From assembly GCA_951406725.2 (NCBI GenBank), contig OX597835.1, forward strand, positions 40,176,001-40,240,000: a DNA stretch of 64,000 bases, in the 5' to 3' direction. This document shows, one piece after another, positions 23,421-37,614 of this stretch. A model generated the notes under the pieces. That model made no database searches. It had not been told where the DNA came from and saw nothing but the letters and a program-made list of their open reading frames with translations. How positions within the stretch are numbered: position 1 is the stretch's first letter; each line of letters starts with the position of its first letter. Origin of the DNA: Octopus vulgaris. Taxonomy: Eukaryota. A program made the translations under genes and the position numbers.

Positions 23421-25366
23421 TTTACCTCTGTCTGCTACTCAAATCTCCCTCCCTTTTCCTCTCTTCTGCTACAGAGGCGGCGACGGAGGCCAAGAGGAGG
23501 AAGGGGAGTTCACGGTTATAGTAACGATGCGACGATGATGTTGTTAATGATGATGATGATGGTTCTTGCTGTGACAGTGGTTGATATTGATGTTGTTGTA
23601 GCGGTGGTAGTGGAAGTGAGGTGGTTTGTGTTGTTCTTGAGTCGGTGATGGTGTTCGCAGTGGTACAGCGATGGAGAGGCTTGCTATAGCAGCGATAGTA
23701 ATTGCATGATAAAACGCTTATAATGTCTGCAGTGGTGGTCACATATGGTTATTTCGGTAGTGACGTGATGGTGCTGAGATGATGACGCTAACCTTTGCAA
23801 GGATGGTGCCGATGGTGATGCGATAGCAGTAGTATTTTCGTCGCAATCAAGCTTTTCATTGAGCAGAGTTATGACCAAAGGCGTTCCTGCCATGACTACC
23901 CCCATCAAGGCCCTCACTAAAAGCGTAGAAGCACCAGCGGGGATAATCTTCCGCAGTAGTGTTGTGGTTGTGGTTATGGTTTGTTAGTGATAGAGAGAAT
24001 TGTGCTAGTGATGTCACGGTTAGTGATTCCTGATGGCGGTGGTGGTGAAGATGGTGGTGCGGTGATGTTTGTGGCGGGGGTGGCTTGGTATTGATTTAGC
24101 CCTGGGACAGATCTGATGTAGCAGACTTTATTATCAAAGCGTTCCCATATGACCACTTGCTCTTATTTTACAGACACCATATCCCGTATCCAGGGCTTAA
24201 ATTAATCTTCATGTGTCTTCTTTTTCAAAATGGTAGCAAGCGACACGCGTGGTGTTTGGCTATTATTTCTAGCAGCAAGTCGGTTGTTGTGTGTTTTCAT
24301 GTTAATAGTTTATTATTACTGTCTGGCATTAACAATAAACTAGCACGCAGGGCGAAATGCCTAGCGGTATTTCGTCTGCCGTTACGTTCTGAGTTCAAAT
24401 TCCGCCGAGGTCGACTTCGCCTTTCATCCTTTCGGGGTCGATTAAATAAGTACCAGTGACGCACTAAGGTCGATGTAATCGACTTAATCCGTTTGTCTGT
24501 CCTTGTTTGTCCCCTCTGTGTGTAGCCCCTTGTGGGCATTAAAGAAATAGGTATTTCGTCTGCTGCTACGTTCTAAGTTCAAATTCCGCCGAGGTCGACG
24601 TTGCCTTTCATCCTTTCGGGGTCGATAAATTAAGGACCAGTTACGCACTGGGGTTGATATAATCGACTTAATCCGTTTGTCTGTCCTTGTTTGTCCCCTC
24701 TGTGTGTAGCCCCTTGTGGGCATTAAAGAAATAGAAATAGGTATTTCGTCTGTCATTACGTTGTCAGTTCAAATTCCGCCGAGATCGACTTCGCCTTTCA
24801 TCCTTTCGGTGTCGATAAATTAAGTACCAGTTGCGTATTGAGGTCGATGTAATCGACTGGCTCCACTCCCCAAAAATTTCAGGCCTTGTGCCTAGAGTAG
24901 AAAAGATTATTATTGTCTGATGATGATGGGTTCTGTTATGAAGAGTAGCACTGGATTAACCATTAAGCGAAATAAGAATGTGCTTAGGGCATCAAGGGAA
25001 GAGGGCACCACAGAAATAGTAAAAGGCTTACAGCACAAACGATATCACTTTAAACTTTTCTGAAATAATATTCAGAATGCCTTATCTCTGCTGAATATAG
25101 AAGCAGATGTTTTACATATACTCTTTTATTCTTTTACTTGTTTCAGTGATTTGGCTGTGGCCATGCTGGAGCACCGCCTTTTTAGTCGAGCAAATCGACC
25201 CCAGGACTTATTCTTTGTAAGCCTAGTACTTATTCTATCAGTCTCTTTTGCCGAGCCGCTAAGTTACGGGGGCGTAAACACACCAGCATCGGTTGTCAAG
25301 CGATGTTGTTGGGACAAACACAGACACACAAACATACACACACACATACATACATACATACATACA

Positions 25367-25433
<67 letters not shown>

Positions 25434-26161
25434 TGACGCATATTTGCCATTTGAATATGGCTAACCCCTAAGGGTGGATGCTACTGTAGTTTGTAGCCCC
25501 AAACAAACTACAGTAGCATCCACCCTTAGGGGTTAGCCATATTCAAATGGCAAATATGCGTCACGATGTGTTACCGCTACTGTTTATAACTCGCTCTGAG
25601 ATTTATCATTGTTTATATATATATATATACACATATATATATACGACGGGCTTCTTTCAGTTTCCATCTACATATGATTATTTTTGAGGATGTGATCAAA
25701 GACTTTGCAATTAAAAAATGTAGGAGAAAACTTTTTAAGTATAAATAAAGTGGAAGCATAGAAAAATAAACATTATTTTCCATCTTGTTGTTAGTTTTGT
25801 TTCATTTTGAAAAATAAATTATTTTATGGTTTATTATTGTTTATATTTTGAATTACATACATATGGTGATACCAAAATCTTTTAAGTGCTTAGAGCCTCT
25901 ATGGGTCTTAATCCGGTCCTGATGAAGAAGAGTCATCAACTCTCTGTAGCTATTGTTTGGGGGTCATATTCAGTGCTCTCAGGGACACGGGATCTGCCTA
26001 TCTAGTATTGGTCTCGTCAGTCATGTCTGCTTCCATGAGAAAGAATGTCTTGGAGACGGAAGAGGATGGATGTCTTGGACTATGCTGTCATCACCTTTGA
26101 CGGACCGGCATAAGCAGGCAGTAAGCTATGCAATCCTCAATTAAAAACTAGTAAATCTATG

Positions 26162-26667
26162 GGATCTTTTCCTTTTGAAGGCCAGATTTCAACACAATTT
26201 CTAGTTAACTAAACACTTTTAAACTTCGTATACTGGTAGAATGTGTTTATAAAACATCATTTTTTTCTTGGCTTTATTGAGAAAATTCTATATGTTGTAA
26301 GATATTTCGTCTGAAAATCCGAGCATTTCGGCAATTTTAACCAATCAATTACCTCCATTTAGGTAAACAACATTTGCTGCGTCTAAAACTGAGCCAGCAT
26401 CCTGTCACTAACCCTAAACCTAACCCTAACCCTAATTTTTTTTCTTAATTGTTAAATTAATTTAAATGATTTTAGCTCAAAAGAGAGCATAGGATTGGTT
26501 AAAATTCGAAAAATTAAACTACGTTAAACAGACGAATTACAATTTTCTCAAGAAAGCCAAGAGAAAAAAATGCTTTATTTTGACACATTCTGCCAGTATA
26601 CGAAGTTTTAAAGTGTTTAGTTAACTAGAAATTGTGTTGACATCTGGCCTTCAAAAGGAAAAGATCC
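26162..26667. mobile_element. GGATC-terminal MITE (Merlin-like) with internal (TAACCC)n
   Basis: Long TIRs GGATCTTTTCCTTTTGAAGGCCAGAT...; same family as 61904-63512. No 8-bp TSD is visible for this copy. Confidence 0.75.
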
Positions 26668-26944
26668 TATGATCAAAGACATCACGGGTGTGACCATGCC
26701 GCCTTTTCGAATATGTAACAGCCATGTCAAGGCGCGTGGCTTCGCTGGTTGGGTCATTCGACTCACGATCGTGAGGTCGTGAGTTCGATTCCCAGCGGCG
26801 CGTTGTGTCCTTGAGCAAGATTTATTTCACATTGCTGCAGTCCACCCAGCTGGCAATAATGAGTTGTACTTGTACTTCCAAGGACCGGCCCTTGTTACAT
26901 TCTGTGTCACGCTGAATCTCGAGAACTACGTAAAGGGTACGCGT

Positions 26945-28266
26945 GAAAACTCAAATGTACCTTCTTCACCAGCTCTGACATCAAATTCCATAATATCTCT
27001 GAAACTCATACCTGTAATGCTGCAACGCCACCTCGAGAAAAAGCGCAACTATACCTCTCCTGGTTTTGATGGTGTTACTTTTTCGCTTTTTTTCCACCAG
27101 CTTTCATTCTCCTTTCTGTTTTGCCTTAATAACTGTGTCACTCCAGAGCAGTGGAAAATTGCCAGCGTTGTTCCCCTGTTCAAAAAGTTGATCTCATATC
27201 ACCTGTCAACTACCTTACTAGCTGCATCGCCAAACTGGCGGAGTCCTGTGTCAGAGAAACACTCTGGAAGTTTTGAAGCTCTCGCAGCCTTATTCAACCC
27301 TCCCAATTTGGATTTATTTCTAACTCCAGCTGCTGTAGCCAACTCACCGAGTTTCTTGACGACATCTAATGATGACTCATGGGTGGATGTTACCTAGCTT
27401 GGTTTTGCTAAAGCCTTCAATTCTGTGCCATACAAACGACTCATGTCAAAACATTCTGCAATGGATTTGAAAGATGATCCCTATAATTTCTGTCGGTCAG
27501 AAACGGTTCTAGAACATTATTCTTCACCCTACGAGTGTATCACCGGGATCCGTTCTTGGACCCCTACTGTTTGTTGCATATATTAATGACATAGATGCCA
27601 ATTTGAGGAATGTTAATGTTGAAATATGTGGAAGCGCGTGGCTTAGTGGTTAGAGTGTTGAACTCATGATCGTAAGTTTGTGGTTTCGATTCCTGGACCA
27701 GGCGATGTGTTGTGTTCTTGAGGAAAACACTTCATTTCACTTTGCTCCAGTCTACTCAGCTGGCGAAAAATGAGTAATCCTGCGACGGGCCGGCGTCCCG
27801 TCCAGATGGGGGAATTTCTACGCCACTGAAACCAGGAAACCGGCCCTTATTAGTCTGGCATGGATCGAGAAGGAACATTTATTTTATTCTTTAATGTTGA
27901 AATATGCAGATAACATCACGATGTACCCTGAGATAAAAAGAACTGATCCTATGCGCCATAGATCTTTCCTGCAGTCAGACCTGGACACAATGCGGCAATG
28001 GATTTCCGACTGGCAACCGAAGCTAGCTGTGGACAAGTGCATCACCATGCACTTTCGGAGGAAAACCCTAGCCTTTACATACTCCCTCAGTAACACCAGT
28101 CTCAAGAAGTCTTTTAGTGAATGTTATCTGGATATTATTGTGAACAGCGATCTGCGTCGGACAAATCACATCTCTAAGATTGTCATGAAGGCGGAGGGTG
28201 TCATAGCATCACCCAGTAACACCTTTGTCAGCCGCTCTCCAGCTATCTATTTAAAACTGTATATTG
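26945..28266 (+). mobile_element. CR1/L2-group LINE RT fragment, degraded and split by a SINE
   Basis: WKIASVVPLFK, FAKAFNSVP, GSVLGPLLF, KYADN. Homologous to 53985-55272. Confidence 0.85.
27629..27890 (+). mobile_element. tRNA-derived SINE (third family) with 16-bp TSD splitting a LINE
   Basis: TSD TTAATGTTGAAATATG at 27613 and 27891. Head TGGCTTAGTGG...GTTTCGATTCC. Relatives at 4745-5082, 26728-26945, 35280-35470, 38650-38960 and 43510-43840. Confidence 0.85.
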
Positions 28267-28988
28267 CACAGTTTCCACAGTTTCTGTTAACCAGATTCAC
28301 TCACAAGGTATTGGTCGGCCCAGAAATATACTAGAACTCATTTGCTCCAAGTGCCGTGCAATTGAACCTGAAACCATGTGGTTTCAAAGCGAGCTTCTTA
28401 ACCACTCAGCCATGTCTGCTTCAATGAGTGAATTTATTCAAAACAAAACACACACACACAAAAGAAAGAAATGCATAAAATAACTTATAGTGAAACCTGT
28501 TTGTATGATTTTATAAAATAAATCTTATTTTATAAATTTTATTTAAAGACCTCTTGCAGCAACCCACGATTTCTTCACGGAACCCAGGGATTTATTGAAG
28601 CCTATTTCAGGAATCACTGATCTATTCGGCATTCCTTTGGTATTGGTCTACGTGGTGTGTGTGTGTGTGTGCTTGCTGCCCGATTATCCGAGTTAGACCC
28701 TGCTTACTATGTTCTCTTTACTAAGGATCTGGCTGGGTTGACCGCTCGTGTTAGTGGACCACATGCCACATTGTCACGGCAGATGAGAAGGCATCTAATG
28801 GAAATGAGGAATGATTGGAACTCTGCCATCGGCATTACAAAGACCGCCATACATCTTGGCCAAGTGTCTTCTACCATAACCCCCAGACCAACCAATGCCT
28901 TGTGAGTGGATTTGGTAGACGGAAACTTTTGAGAAGCCTGTTATGTGTATGTACGTGCGTGCGTGCGTATGTGTGTGTGCGCGCGTGC

Positions 28989-29041
<53 letters not shown>

Positions 29042-29802
29042 TGTGTGTGACAGTGTGTGCGCGTGTGTATTTGTGTGTGTGTGTGTTTGTGTTTGTTTCC
29101 CGCCACCGCTTAACAACCAGAGTTGATTTGCTCGCATCCCCGCAACCTACCGAATCGGCAAAAAGAACAAAAACAATAGAATAGGCAATATGACTTAAAC
29201 TATGTACTGTGTTCGATTTATTCGACTAAAACCCCTTCAAGGTGGTACATCCATCTTGGCTGCAGTTCTTTCTATGGCTGTAACAAATAAAAGAAAATAA
29301 ACGATAAAGCTACACCCGAGAGTACAGGGCCGCCACAACCTCCTTTCTCTACCCGTGTCCCCGACAGCTCAAGCTTCTCAATCCCCTTAAAAAGTCACCT
29401 CTCGTACCCTAAGAAACGCTTGTTTATTTAACACTACAGAGAATGAATTGGCGCAATTTACGGAGCAGCGCGCCAGAAGTTTCGGCTCTTCATTGTTCTG
29501 AGCAGAAGTGTTGCAGAAAGAGTGAGTCGGGAGGTGAGAGAAGTCTTCTTCTCCGTCGCAGGTGTAAAAAGAGCGCTGAAATTTCCTGTTAATTCATGCT
29601 CGTTGATTATTTTCGGCCTTATTTAATTACCATTGTCCACACTCGAGCACTCACGAGAACAGTTGCTTACAACATTCACTGGTTCTCAGAGCTGACTGCG
29701 ACGATTGTTTTACCCACTCCTTTCCGTCAACCGTGTTATCGATAAAATATACAGCATTAATAATACATCGCGTAAAGTCAACACACACACACACATACGC
29801 AG

Positions 29803-29856
<54 letters not shown>

Positions 29857-30077
29857 TCTGTTATTCTTTACTTGTTTCAGTCATTTGACTACGGCCATGC
29901 TGGAGCACCGCCTTGAAGGGTTTGTAGTTAAACAAATCTAGCTCAGGACTTATTTTTTTAAAGCCTAGCACTTATTCTATCGGTCTCTCTGGCCGAGCCC
30001 CTAAGTTACAAGAACATAAACACGCCAGCGGTGAGGGGGGAACAAACACAGACACTAACACATACACACACATTAAC

Positions 30078-30108
<31 letters not shown>

Positions 30109-30109
30109 A

Positions 30110-30983
30110 CAGTGAGTAGTCTAAATTATGCAAAAATGAAAATAACACCGAGATCTCATTTTAACAGATATATTTACCAAAATTACATAAAAATATTTTG
30201 AAATACAAAAGAGTAAATTTATTCAATAAAATCGCCATTGGCTTCAACCACATTCTCCAGACGACCTCGGAATCTCCTGCAACTCTTCTGGACAGTTTCC
30301 TTGTTTAAGTTGGTGAATGCTGCCATAACCCTTGCCTTCAGTTTATCTTTGGTGTTACAAGGAGTTTTGTTGGTCTCTTGCTCACCTGTATCCCACACAT
30401 AATAATCAAGGGGGTTGCAGTCTGGGGAGTTTGGTGGTCAGATGTTAGGGGTGATGTGGTCGCAGAAATTGTCTGACAGCCATGACTGGGTTCTCCTGCA
30501 TGTGTGGCAATGTGCAGAGTCCTGTTGCTAGACATAGGGTCTTCCTGCAGCCACCCTCTTGACCCAGGGCAGCCCTACCTCCTCCAGGCACTTGATGTAG
30601 GCCACTGTGTTGAGTCTGGGGCAGTGTGGGAAGATGAATGGAGGCATAATGTCACCATCACTAGTGATCACTCTAAATACCATGATGCTGACTGAATGTT
30701 TGATTTTTATCACTCTCAGTACTTGTTTTGGAGACACAGCAAGCTAACGGTTGCTCTTTGTGTTCACCAACTGTTCGTATTGGAGTTTCCAGCGCGAATT
30801 CCAAGCAATACAGCATGTCGATTCCAAATTTCTGACAGAGTGAATTGCGTCATGGTGTGGTTGTTCTCACCGACGGTGCCCAACTGACCCTACTACACTG
30901 TGTAGTCGACAAAACGAAAAACAAACACGCGCATGCGCGAAATTAAAAATATAAAAGGGCGACATTTTACCTATCGCACTCTG
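30110..30983 (-). pseudogene. Tc1/mariner DD37D (maT-type) element, internally deleted
   Basis: TA|CAG...CTG|TA ends. IMVFRVITSDG...QQDSAHCH...PPNSPDCNPLDY. Confidence 0.8.
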
Positions 30984-30995
30984 TATATATGTACG

Positions 30996-31115
<120 letters not shown>

Positions 31116-31240
31116 GGAGTAAACACATAAATGTGAAACAAGGTGGAAAAAAGAGTACTCAAATACCAGTGGCAGAGTAATATGCTTTATTTAAAGCAGC
31201 AGAAAATTCAACAAAACAATTTTCTGCTGCTTTAAATAAA

Positions 31241-31293
<53 letters not shown>

Positions 31294-31591
31294 TATGCAT
31301 ATATACATATACATGCATATGTACATACCTACATATGTACATATGTACATACCTACATATATATGTACATACCTACATATATATGTAAATATACATGCAT
31401 ATATGGGTACAAGACATGAAAAAACACGTTGTACACAATGAGAAACGAAAACATAAAAGCAAAAACATAGAAAACAAACTTTTTTTCGAACAGCGAAAAA
31501 ACAACAAACAGAGAAACGAGACATACAACATAAAGAATATTTCCCTTCTTCAGGTGTCCTTGTTTCATCTACTCCGCATTTCGAAGGCAAA

Positions 31592-31646
<55 letters not shown>

Positions 31647-31678
31647 TTTATTTTAAGCAGCAGAAAATTCAACAAAAT

Positions 31679-31716
31679 CTGTTACTCTGAGTTTCTCGTT
31701 GCCGTTCATCAGACGG
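31679..31716 (-). ncRNA. minimal type I hammerhead motif, left arm of the same palindrome
   Basis: CCGU-CUGAUGA-aCG(GCAA)CGa-GAAA-CUC(A)GAG-UA^ACAG on the minus strand. Confidence 0.65.
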
Positions 31717-31732
31717 TTTTTGCTAGCAAAAA

Positions 31733-31773
31733 CTGTCTGATGAACGGCAACGGGAAACTCAGAGGAGTAACAG
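31733..31773 (+). ncRNA. minimal type I hammerhead motif, right arm of a palindrome
   Basis: CUGU-CUGAUGA-aCG(GCAA)CGg-GAAA-CUC(AGAG)GAG-UA^ACAG. Confidence 0.7.
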
Positions 31774-31876
31774 ATTTTGTTGAATTTTCTGCTGCTTAAA
31801 ATAAAGCATATTACTCTACCACTGGTATTTGAGTACTCTTTTTCCACCTTGTTTCACATTTATGTGTTTACTCCGG

Positions 31877-31925
<49 letters not shown>

Positions 31926-32089
31926 TCTTTTACTTCTTTCAGTCATTTGACTGCGGCCATACTGGTGCACTGCCTTGACAACATCGGTTGTTAAGCGATG
32001 GTGGGAGACAAACACAGACACACAAACATACATACATACAAACATACATACATACATACATATATACATACATACATATATACATACAT

Positions 32090-32178
<89 letters not shown>

Positions 32179-32366
32179 GTGTGTATAAGTATCGCTGATG
32201 TCCACTTTAATGCGGCTGTCCTCTAACAGACGACGAGACTGCTATTTAACCCAAGGAAGACAGCTCCTCCAACTGGTTTATTCAGTACGTTTCTCGCACT
32301 CGCTATTTATTGCAGGCGGGAGTTATCTCCCTCTCCTATCTCGAACGGAGATTTTCTAACGGACTA

Positions 32367-32425
<59 letters not shown>

Positions 32426-35160
32426 AGTATCATGGGGCCAGCAATTTTGGAAGATGGGGTAAGTCGATAACATCATCCCATGTGCTCTGCTGGTATTTAT
32501 TTTATCGACCTCCAAAAGGATGAAAGGCAATTTCGACTTTGGTAGCGTTTGAACTCAGAACGATAAGTTGCTAAGCATTTTGTCCTGCGTGCAAACCAAT
32601 ATATATCAGCAGACCGCCTTAATAATGAAAATGATGACAATTATCCTTCGGAAGACAGAACGTTCAGCGGCCGAAATGACCAGAGATTTCTTATCATTAG
32701 ATCTATAGAATTGCTTCTCCTCTTAAAAGAGAAACATTGACATTATAGCCCATCCCGTCGACATTTCCGATAAAAACTAAATGCAAACATCTTGTAGCGA
32801 TATATGTGGGATTCGCTAAATCCGGAATACGAAGAAGCACACACACGCACGCACACACACACACACACACACACGTATGTACGTGTGTATCTATTATATG
32901 TATGTCGGTCAAAGTGAAAAGATCCGCACTTTTATTTTATTTTTTTTTTCACTTCAAGCTGGTCAATAACAAGTAACAAGATTCTTTTGTTTAAATCAAG
33001 CGTTTGTAGTCAGTGGCTTAGTGGTTACGGTATCGGTTTCGCGACCGTAAAGTCGTGCGTTCGATTCTCGGCGACGTATTTGTCTCCTTGAGCGAGACGC
33101 TCGCGTTGCTCCTGGTATTCAGCTGACAAAAATGAGCGGTGCCTGAATTTCAAAGGAACCAGCCTTGTCCCATAACTATGTCACGCTGAATTTCCATGAT
33201 GACTACGTTAAGGATATGTGGCCATGCTGGAGCACCGCCTTTAGTCGAGCAAATCGACCCCGGGACTTATTCTTTGTAAGCATAGTACTTATTCAATCGG
33301 TCTCTTTGCCGAACCGCTAAGCTACGGGGACGTAAACACACTAGCATCGGTTGTCAAGTGATGTTGGGGAGACAAACACAGACACAGATATATATATATA
33401 TATACATATATACGACGAGCTTCTTTCAGTTTCCGTCTACCAAATCCACTCACAAGGCTTTGGTCGGCCCGAGGCTATAGTAGAAGACACTTGCCCAAGG
33501 TGCCACGCAGTGGGACTGAACCTGGAACCATGTGGCTGGTAAGCAAGCTACTTACCACACAGCTACTCCTACATACATACATACATACATACACATATAC
33601 ACAGACACACACACACATGCTCTGGGTATACATAAATTGCATCTGATAGTGGAATCCTGTTTCGGCAGTTCCAAAGTTTTGAGGAATGTGAAATCACCCC
33701 TTAGACATTATTGTTCCTATGTCTGCTCTGACCTGGAGTAGTAGCATGCGTTAGGGTCTCAGCTGTGGGTTAATTCGTCGTCGCCCTCATCAAGCCTAGC
33801 CAGGCTCATGAGCCCGGTCTCTGTGGCACATGTGTTCCCCCCCACAGCTGGACGGGACACCAGTCCATCGAAGCGTTACTCAAGAAACAGGAAGAGAGAG
33901 TGAGGGAAAGTGGTGGCGAAAGAGTACAACAGGGGTCACCACCATCCCCTGCCGGAGCATCGTGGAGCTTTTAGATGTTTTCGGTCAATAAACACACACA
34001 ACGCCCGGTCTGGGAATCGAAACCGCGATCTTCTGACCGCGAGTCCGCTGCCCTAACCACTGGGCCATTGCATCTCCACATCGGTTAATTACTATGTAAA
34101 AAACAAAAAAAAAACACCGAACGTCAAGTAACCCCTAGCAGTTTTCACAGTATTCATCTAGGAGAGGGCACACAGTCTTCGCGTGGTTTCTGGTCATCTC
34201 GCTTCAGTCTGTCACTTGGTGCCAATCATGGAGACTCAGAGAATGGTACTCGAGTTGTACAAACGTTTCTCATTACAAAGGGTGCTGGAACATTCCTGGT
34301 TTTAAGGGTGTCGCGAAAGGCCTGTTTGGAGACCCCACCTTCCGAGTTATTTTTCAGGGCTTAGAAAAACTGAAGGACCGCTGCAATAAGTGTGCGAGTC
34401 TGAGAAGGGAATATGTCGAATAAAATCATAATTAATCGATCCTCCTGTCCTTTTTTTTTTTTGCCCAAAGCCAGGAACTTTTCAACAATCCCTACCAAAT
34501 CCACTCACAAGGCTTTGGTCGGCCCGAGGCTATAGTAGAAGACACTTGCCCAAGGTGCCACGCAGTGGGACTGAACCTGGAACCATGTGGCTGGTAAGCA
34601 AGCTACTTACCACACAGCTACTCCTACATACATACATACATACATAATACAAACATACATACATACATACATACATACATACATACATACATACATACAC
34701 ACACACATACACACACACATGCTCAATAAATTCATTGACGCACAGATGTCTCTTTATGTTGACCTAGTTTGTCATCCGTCGTTCCCACTCCTCAAACTTC
34801 TATGGTGTTGGAAGAGCGGCGATGTGTGCGGACCAAAACAGCTGGAAGCGCAAAGTTACAAAGCAACGGGACTGAATAGTCATCTAAGAGGACAGAAAGA
34901 CAGAAATACCACCGACAACGAGGAAATATAGGGAACCATGCAACCATGCGTGTATGTGTATGTGAGAACGTCGCTCTGCTAGGTGAAGGGAGATGACTCT
35001 AACGATAAATTGTCGTCGTAACAAACCGGCTGAGTTAGTGGATGAACTCGCCGTATTTTTCAATTTTTGACCTTCCTTTCAAGATTCAGATCTCGCTACG
35101 TCATCGTTCCCACCTTTAAGGAAGTTGTTGACGTAAAGATACGAACTACCTATAAATAAA

Positions 35161-35259
<99 letters not shown>

Positions 35260-36863
35260 CATACACACACACACACGCGTGAAGGCGCGTGGCTTAGTGG
35301 TTGGGATATTCAGCTTACAGTCGTAAGATCGTGAGTTCAATTCCCGGCAATGTGTTGTATCCTTGAGCAAGACACTTTATTTCACGTTGCTCCAGTCCAC
35401 TCAGCTGGCAAAAATGAGTAGTACCTGGCTTTCAAAGGGCCAGATTTGTCACACTCTGTGTCACGCTTTTGTATTCTTTGCTACACTTATGTCTCGAAAG
35501 GAAAATGGGAGAATGATCACAGCTAGAAACCTGTGATCATAGGTATGCTGGAGAAGTACTGACCTAGGGTTAAACACCACCACCAACAACAACATCTTGA
35601 GCCAATAAAGGTCCACCTATGTAGTAATTTGACTTGCTAGAAATAACAACCAAGTCTCTAAATTACACTCAACATCTTAAAGGATACATACATTTTGGTC
35701 CAAGTTTTGTTGAATATAAAAAAAAATGATGGCTTGGTCATGGGTGGAATATTTTTAATCAAGACTGAACTAGGGCTAAACAAGAATCTTCTCTATTCTA
35801 GGCACAAGGCCCAAAAGTTTTGGGGAGGAGGGGGGGGCATTCGATTAGATCAACCCCAGTATGCAACTGGTACTTAATTTATCAACCCCGAAAGGATGAA
35901 ATGCCAAGTCAACGTTGGTAGAATTTGAACTCAGAACGTAAAGTCAGATGAAATACCACTAAGCATATAGGCGCAGGAGTGACTGTGTGGTAAGTAGCTT
36001 GTTTACCAACCACATGGTTTCGGGTTCAGTCCCACAGCGTGGCACCTTGGGCAAGTGTTTTCTACTATAGCCTCGGGCCGACCAATGCCTTGTGAGTGGA
36101 TTTGGTAAACGGAAACTGAAAGAAGCCCGTCGTATATATGTATATATATATATGTGCGTGTATGTTTGTGTATCTATGTTTGTCCCCCTAGCATTGCTTG
36201 ACAACCAATGCTGGTGTGTTTATGTCCCCGTCACTTAGCGGTTCGGCAAAAGAGACCAATAGAATAAGTACTGGGCTTTCAAAGAATAAGTCCTGGGGTC
36301 GAGTTGCTCGATTAAAGGCGGTGCTCCAGCATGGCCGCATTCAAATGACTGAAACAAGTAAAAGAGTAAGCATTTCTCCCAGCGTGCTAACAAGAATATC
36401 AACAGAAGAAATATAAAACAAAAATAATGTGAATAAAAACACTAAGGTTCCAAAATTAGAAAATACAAATTTATTTTTTCCATTTAACATTATATAATTC
36501 ATCCAAAAGTTAAGTTTCAAAAATTAAAATTTCCTTCCTTTGAAATTAGAATTTGACCAAAAATAGAAATATGTTATTTTTTTCATTTTTTGTGTTTGTA
36601 TGTATGCACATACATGTCTTGTCAAATCTGAATAAAAAAATATTAGAAACTTGGGCCAATCTATGACAAATGAAATTTAATACCTCCAAATATGTCAGGA
36701 ATTGACCTTAGAAACCATAACTGGTCCCATTAGCTCAGTACCAGAAATGGTAAGATCCCGTCCGAGTAATATTTGGTAATTAAGTAGTCAAAGTGAAAGC
36801 ACATCCAAGATAAGAATGGTATAATAGAAGGTATACCTTCATTCATGTGTTTGTGTATATACA

Positions 36864-36900
<37 letters not shown>

Positions 36901-37271
36901 TTATATCTACATATATCGTCTTTATTTTAGCATTCACTTTTCTTTGCTTAAACAGACTGGACAGTGTTTTTTGAGGCCGATTTTCTCAGGTTGGACCTGT
37001 TGTCAATACTTACCTGTTTCCAAGAAATGTAATATTACCTTACTTGGAAACAGGTAACGATTGACAACAGGTCCAACCTGAGAAAATCGGCATCAAAAAA
37101 CACTGTCCAGTCTGTTTAAGCAAAGAAAAGTGAATGCTAAAATAAAGACATGTTTGACCGAACATGTTTTCACAAATAATCAGAAATTATCAGAAACAAA
37201 TGACATTCATTCACAACAATCATAGGATGTAAAAACAAAGAAATACACACACACACACACACATACATATG

Positions 37272-37309
<38 letters not shown>

Positions 37310-37482
37310 AAAGTTCAGCAAAAATTTAGATTCAAATGAATATGGTACTTAATTTAGATGCACCAGAATTCTGTCTGGTGTTATCCATAAAAATCCGTGG
37401 GGCGATTATAATCAAAATAAGCAACAAGAATGACTCCGGTAATCGTACCAAATTACAAGTGTCATTCTTGTTGCTTATTTTG

Positions 37483-37614
<132 letters not shown>

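Noticed and set aside
26408-26435. TTAGGG-type repeats near tankyrase, a telomere regulator
   Set aside because: They are an internal part of the MITE family (also at 63395), so the proximity is coincidental.
35079-35160. Possible minus-strand splice acceptor (TTTATTTATAG|GTAG) and short exon
   Set aside because: All frames close quickly and there is no homology; it cannot be supported without RNA data.
35280-35350. tRNA-like sequences with A and B boxes
   Set aside because: They are SINE heads continuing into SINE bodies, not tRNA genes.
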